A stretch of 64,000 nt of DNA from Vicugna vicugna (lineage: Eukaryota): contig MU058337.1 in assembly GCA_013265495.1 (NCBI GenBank), positions 5,560,716 through 5,624,715 on the forward strand, in the 5' to 3' direction. Under the pieces are notes generated by a model. The model ran no database searches. It was not told the origin of the DNA and saw nothing but the letters and a program-made list of their open reading frames with translations. A program made the position numbers and the translations under genes. The number at the start of each line of letters is the position of its first letter. Within the stretch, counting starts at the first letter, position 1. This document shows, in pieces, positions 63,450 to 64,000 of this stretch.

Positions 63450-64000
63450 ACAGAGGTTCTTTCTGCAACCTAACTGGTTAGGTTCTGCTGGGCCCTCGAG
63501 GACGAGTCTTGGGCTCTGTTCTTGGCCCATTTAGGTCAGTTTCAGCAAGAATTCTGCTAAGTCAGTTTAGTGAAAATCTCCCACCCTTGATATCTTTATG
63601 GAATAATGACCCTCCCTCCCCAAAAGCACATATGTTGAAATCTAACCCCTAATGTGGTGGTACGTAACTAAGACATAGGGGTGAAAGCCTCATGAGTGTG
63701 ATTGCTTCCCTTATAAGTGTCATGAGAGCTTGCTTCCTCTTTCCTTCTCTTCTCTCCAGCACGTGAGGATACAAGGAGAAGTCGGCAGCCCACCATCCAG
63801 AAGTGCACTCTCCCCAAAACCTAACCAGCCAGCACCCTGATCTTCAACTTCCAGCTCCTGAGAACCATAAGAAATACATTTCTGTTGTTTATCAGCCACC
63901 CAGTCTAAACTAAAACAGTATCTTATCACCCTGGCGTGCTTTCAGGAAGAATTATATTGAGTTGATCTAGCATGAATTCCCCTAGCTTTGATGTTTCCTT
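63450..64000 (+). mobile_element. MER31-like ERV1 LTR, interrupted by an MLT1A LTR; runs off the window end
   Basis: cagtttcagcaagaattctgctaagtcagtttag...ccacccttgatatc resumes after the insertion as tatcaccctggc...ttgatgtttcc. Confidence 0.7.
63595..63917 (+). mobile_element. MaLR MLT1A-type solo LTR nested in the MER31-like LTR
   Basis: catatgttgaaatctaacccctaatgtg...gcaccctgatcttcaacttccagc...agaaatacatttctgttgttta...actaaaaca; TSD atatc/gtatc. Confidence 0.88.

Noticed and set aside
60..63929. All ORFs in the six-frame track as protein-coding genes
   Set aside because: All are 127 aa or shorter, many start at non-ATG codons, none resembles a cellular protein I recognise, and many overlap decayed repeats or microsatellites.

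Overview
This is mammalian non-coding DNA (intronic or intergenic), most likely from a camelid. It carries a tRNA-Ala(AGC)-derived SINE of the Vic-1 type, young artiodactyl-type L1 tails and an internally deleted Tigger1 MITE. I saw no Alu, B1/B2, Bov-A/tA or PRE SINEs. I recognise no intact protein-coding gene or functional RNA gene; the ORF track is explained by chance frames and decayed L1/L2/LTR sequence. A large part of the window is decayed interspersed repeats (L1, L2, MIR, MaLR/ERV LTRs, hAT and Tigger MITEs). These were named by eye from remembered consensus motifs, so subfamily names and many boundaries are approximate. I found no convincing new multi-component biological system. The most notable signals are small and structural: (1) a perfect 20-bp tandem repeat fused to a perfect 20-bp inverted repeat (42055-42137); (2) an exact 23-bp repeat pair 1.26 kb apart; (3) a 64-nt pre-miRNA-like hairpin in unique sequence; (4) a triplicated retrotransposon target site; (5) a perfect 123-bp tandem duplication; (6) an LTR-internal-LTR MaLR relic; (7) a strong CTCF motif; and (8) several repeat-poor, motif-dense blocks, one containing a candidate minus-strand alternative first exon.
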